A stretch of 64,000 bases of DNA, from positions 14,507 to 78,506 of the forward strand of contig CALFAY010000022.1 of the NCBI GenBank assembly GCA_937944855.1. Reading direction: 5' to 3'. Source of the DNA: an uncultured Planctomycetota bacterium. GTDB taxonomy: Bacteria > Planctomycetota > Planctomycetia > Gemmatales > HRBIN36. Shown here one piece after another: positions 61,863 through 64,000 of the stretch. The first letter of the stretch is position 1. Each line of letters opens with the position of its first letter. Position numbers and translations under genes: made by a program. The notes beneath the pieces were generated by a model. That model was not told where the DNA came from, ran no database searches, and was given only the letters and a program-made list of their open reading frames with translations.

Positions 61863-63725
61863 ATGAAGACTCGTCTGCATCAGCTGGCCGTGGTGATCGC
61901 CGGGTTGCTTTTGGTGTTCGTCGGTCGGGCCTGGTCCGACGCCCTGACCAACGCCGCTGTCGAAGCCCGGATGCTGGAAGACCTCAAGTATCTGGCCAGC
62001 GAAGAGTGCGAAGGCCGGGGCGTGCTCACCCAGGGCCTTGAAAAGGCCGCTGAGTTCATCGCCAATCGCTTCAAGGAAGCCGGTCTGAAACCCGCCAACG
62101 GCGACAGCTGTTTCCAACCCTTCGAGATCAGCACCGGCAGCCGGCTGGTTGGTGGTGAGACGGCCAATCGGCTCAAGCTCAAAGGTCCGCTCGGCCAGGT
62201 CATCACCCTGGATCTGGGGAAGCATTTCACGGTCCTGGGCTTCGGCCACTCGGGCACGGTGAACGCCCCCGTGGTCTTTGCGGGGTACGGCGTGACCGCT
62301 CCGGAGCATCAATACGACGACTTCGAGGGTCTGGACGTGGCCGGGAAGATTGTGATCGTGCTTCGGGGGGTGCCGCGTGCCTCCGCTCCGGAAGCGGCAG
62401 TGTTCCCTGCCAACGACGGCCAGATCAACCGCCATGCCCGCATGGACTCCAAGGCGAGCAACGCCGAGGTCCGCAAGGCTGCCGCCGTCATCTTCGTCAA
62501 CGACAACGCCACCGCTGCCGAAAACAAGGACGCTTTGCGGACGTTCAACGAAACGGCGATGAGCTTTGATCCCATCGGCATCCCGGTGGTGCATGTGCGT
62601 CGCGGGCTGGTCAATGCCATGATTCGCAGCCAGACGGGGCAGGACCTCTCGGCCATCGAGAAAACGATTGACCGCGACGTCAAGCCGAACAGCTTCGCGC
62701 TGGAGGGCTGGACAGCGGAACTGGAAACGAAGATCGAAAGAACCAGCCGCCTGGTGAAGAACGTCATCGGGGTGGCCGAGGGATCGGGACCGTTGGCGGA
62801 CGAAACCATCGTCATTGGTGCCCACTACGACCACCTGGGCCGCGGCGAGCGTGGCAGCTTGGCCTTCGGCAGCCGGGAGATCCACTATGGAGCCGACGAT
62901 AACGCTTCCGGAACGACGACGCTCATCGAACTGGCTCGCCGCTTCGGGGCACAGACCGACCGCAAGGGCCGTCGCATCGTGTTCATCGCCTTCACCGCCG
63001 AAGAAAAGGGCTTGCTCGGTTCCCGGCACTACACCAACAAGCCGCTCTTCCCCCTCGAAAAGACGGTGGCCATGATCAACCTCGACATGGTGGGCCGTCT
63101 CCGCGAGGACAAGGTGCAGATTTTCGGCGTCGGCACGTCCAAGGATTTCGGCCCGATGCTCGACCAGCTCAATGGCAAGCACAAGTTCAACATGAACAAG
63201 TCGCTGGGCACGCAGTTGGCCGGCGGGTCCAGCGACCATGAGTCGTTCAATCGCAAGAACATCCCGACGCTGTTCTTCTTCACCGGCAACCATCCGCAGT
63301 ACCATCGTCCGACCGACACCTGGGACCTGATCAACGTCGAGGGGATGCGCCGCATCGCCGAACTGGTCGAGGACATCACGAACATCCTGGCGGCCAGCGA
63401 GAAGCGGCCGGAGTTCGTTCGGGTGACGGCCCCAGCAGGCGGACCGGGCCGGGTCACGGCGCGCGGACCTCGGCTCGGCATCATGCCCGGATACGCCGAG
63501 GACGATAACCGGGACGGGTTGCTGCTGGACGGGGTTTCGCCGGGCGGTCCTGCCGAGAAAGCGGGCCTCAAAGCGGGGGACCGCATCACCGAGATCAATG
63601 GCAAGCCGATCAAGAACATTCAGAACTACATGACCGTCATGGGCGGCTTCAAGCCCGGGGACAAGATCGAATTGACCGTGCTCCGCGAGGGCAAGCCGGT
63701 CAAGATCACGGTCGTTCCCGAGTGA
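61863..63725 (+). CDS. M28 family aminopeptidase with PA and PDZ domains
   Basis: Signal peptide; VFAGYG, GAHYDH, GADDNASG, AEEKGLLGS, NLDMVG, SDH, YH; C-terminal PDZ. Confidence 0.94.
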   Translation: MKTRLHQLAVVIAGLLLVFVGRAWSDALTNAAVEARMLEDLKYLASEECEGRGVLTQGLEKAAEFIANRFKEAGLKPANGDSCFQPFEISTGSRLVGGETANRLKLKGPLGQVITLDLGKHFTVLGFGHSGTVNAPVVFAGYGVTAPEHQYDDFEGLDVAGKIVIVLRGVPRASAPEAAVFPANDGQINRHARMDSKASNAEVRKAAAVIFVNDNATAAENKDALRTFNETAMSFDPIGIPVVHVRRGLVNAMIRSQTGQDLSAIEKTIDRDVKPNSFALEGWTAELETKIERTSRLVKNVIGVAEGSGPLADETIVIGAHYDHLGRGERGSLAFGSREIHYGADDNASGTTTLIELARRFGAQTDRKGRRIVFIAFTAEEKGLLGSRHYTNKPLFPLEKTVAMINLDMVGRLREDKVQIFGVGTSKDFGPMLDQLNGKHKFNMNKSLGTQLAGGSSDHESFNRKNIPTLFFFTGNHPQYHRPTDTWDLINVEGMRRIAELVEDITNILAASEKRPEFVRVTAPAGGPGRVTARGPRLGIMPGYAEDDNRDGLLLDGVSPGGPAEKAGLKAGDRITEINGKPIKNIQNYMTVMGGFKPGDKIELTVLREGKPVKITVVPE

Positions 63726-63755
63726 CGGACGCCGAAGCGGAGTGACAATGGTTTG

Positions 63756-64000
63756 TCAACTCCGCAGGATCAGGTGAATGGCGGGCGTTTTCACCAGCGC
63801 GGTGACCGCGTCGCCAGAGGCCAGTTCCATTTCCCGGCAGGCCAGGTGCGTCACCAGGGCCGTCAGTGGGAAACCGCAGTCCATCCGCACCCGCACCAGC
63901 GGCCCTTCCGGAGTCAGGCTCTGGATGCAGCCGTGCAACTGGTTCCGCGCACTGGCACTGCCGCTGGAGCCTTTTTGCAGCATCACGTCGGCGGCGCGGA
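63756..64000 (-). CDS. ABC transporter ATP-binding protein, C-terminal TOBE domain (molybdate/tungstate type; partial)
   Basis: SARNQLHGCI...DCGFPLTALVT...VKTPAIHLI; runs off the window edge. Confidence 0.8.
   Translation of the reverse strand, partial: RAADVMLQKGSSGSASARNQLHGCIQSLTPEGPLVRVRMDCGFPLTALVTHLACREMELASGDAVTALVKTPAIHLILRS

Overview
GC-rich bacterial chromosome segment, most likely from a planctomycete (DUF1559 gene, TPR/RNA-polymerase-alpha-CTD gene, HTH-receiver regulator; inferred from gene content). Most of the window is housekeeping, signalling and secreted-enzyme genes: ribD, tgt, tatA, queG, ruvA, an RlmI-like methyltransferase, a YmdB-like phosphoesterase, a P-type ATPase, PhoD and two hybrid kinases. 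An accessory block without an integrase follows tRNA-Val(CAC) (about 13.7-36.4 kb). Main findings: (1) a complete fluoride riboswitch, with its own promoter and a terminator/antiterminator platform, directly upstream of a dynamin-like GTPase rather than a fluoride exporter; (2) a broken three-gene DISARM-related defence operon whose methyltransferase carries four in-frame heptamer-repeat insertions, two of which bracket an AT-rich patch in the likely specificity region; (3) a MotA/ExbB + degenerate Hsp70-like + coiled-coil-vWA operon; (4) an unnamed DNA motif (AATGTTGCGC) clustered in two intergenic regions about 37 kb apart. All calls come from reading the sequence by eye; no database searches were run.
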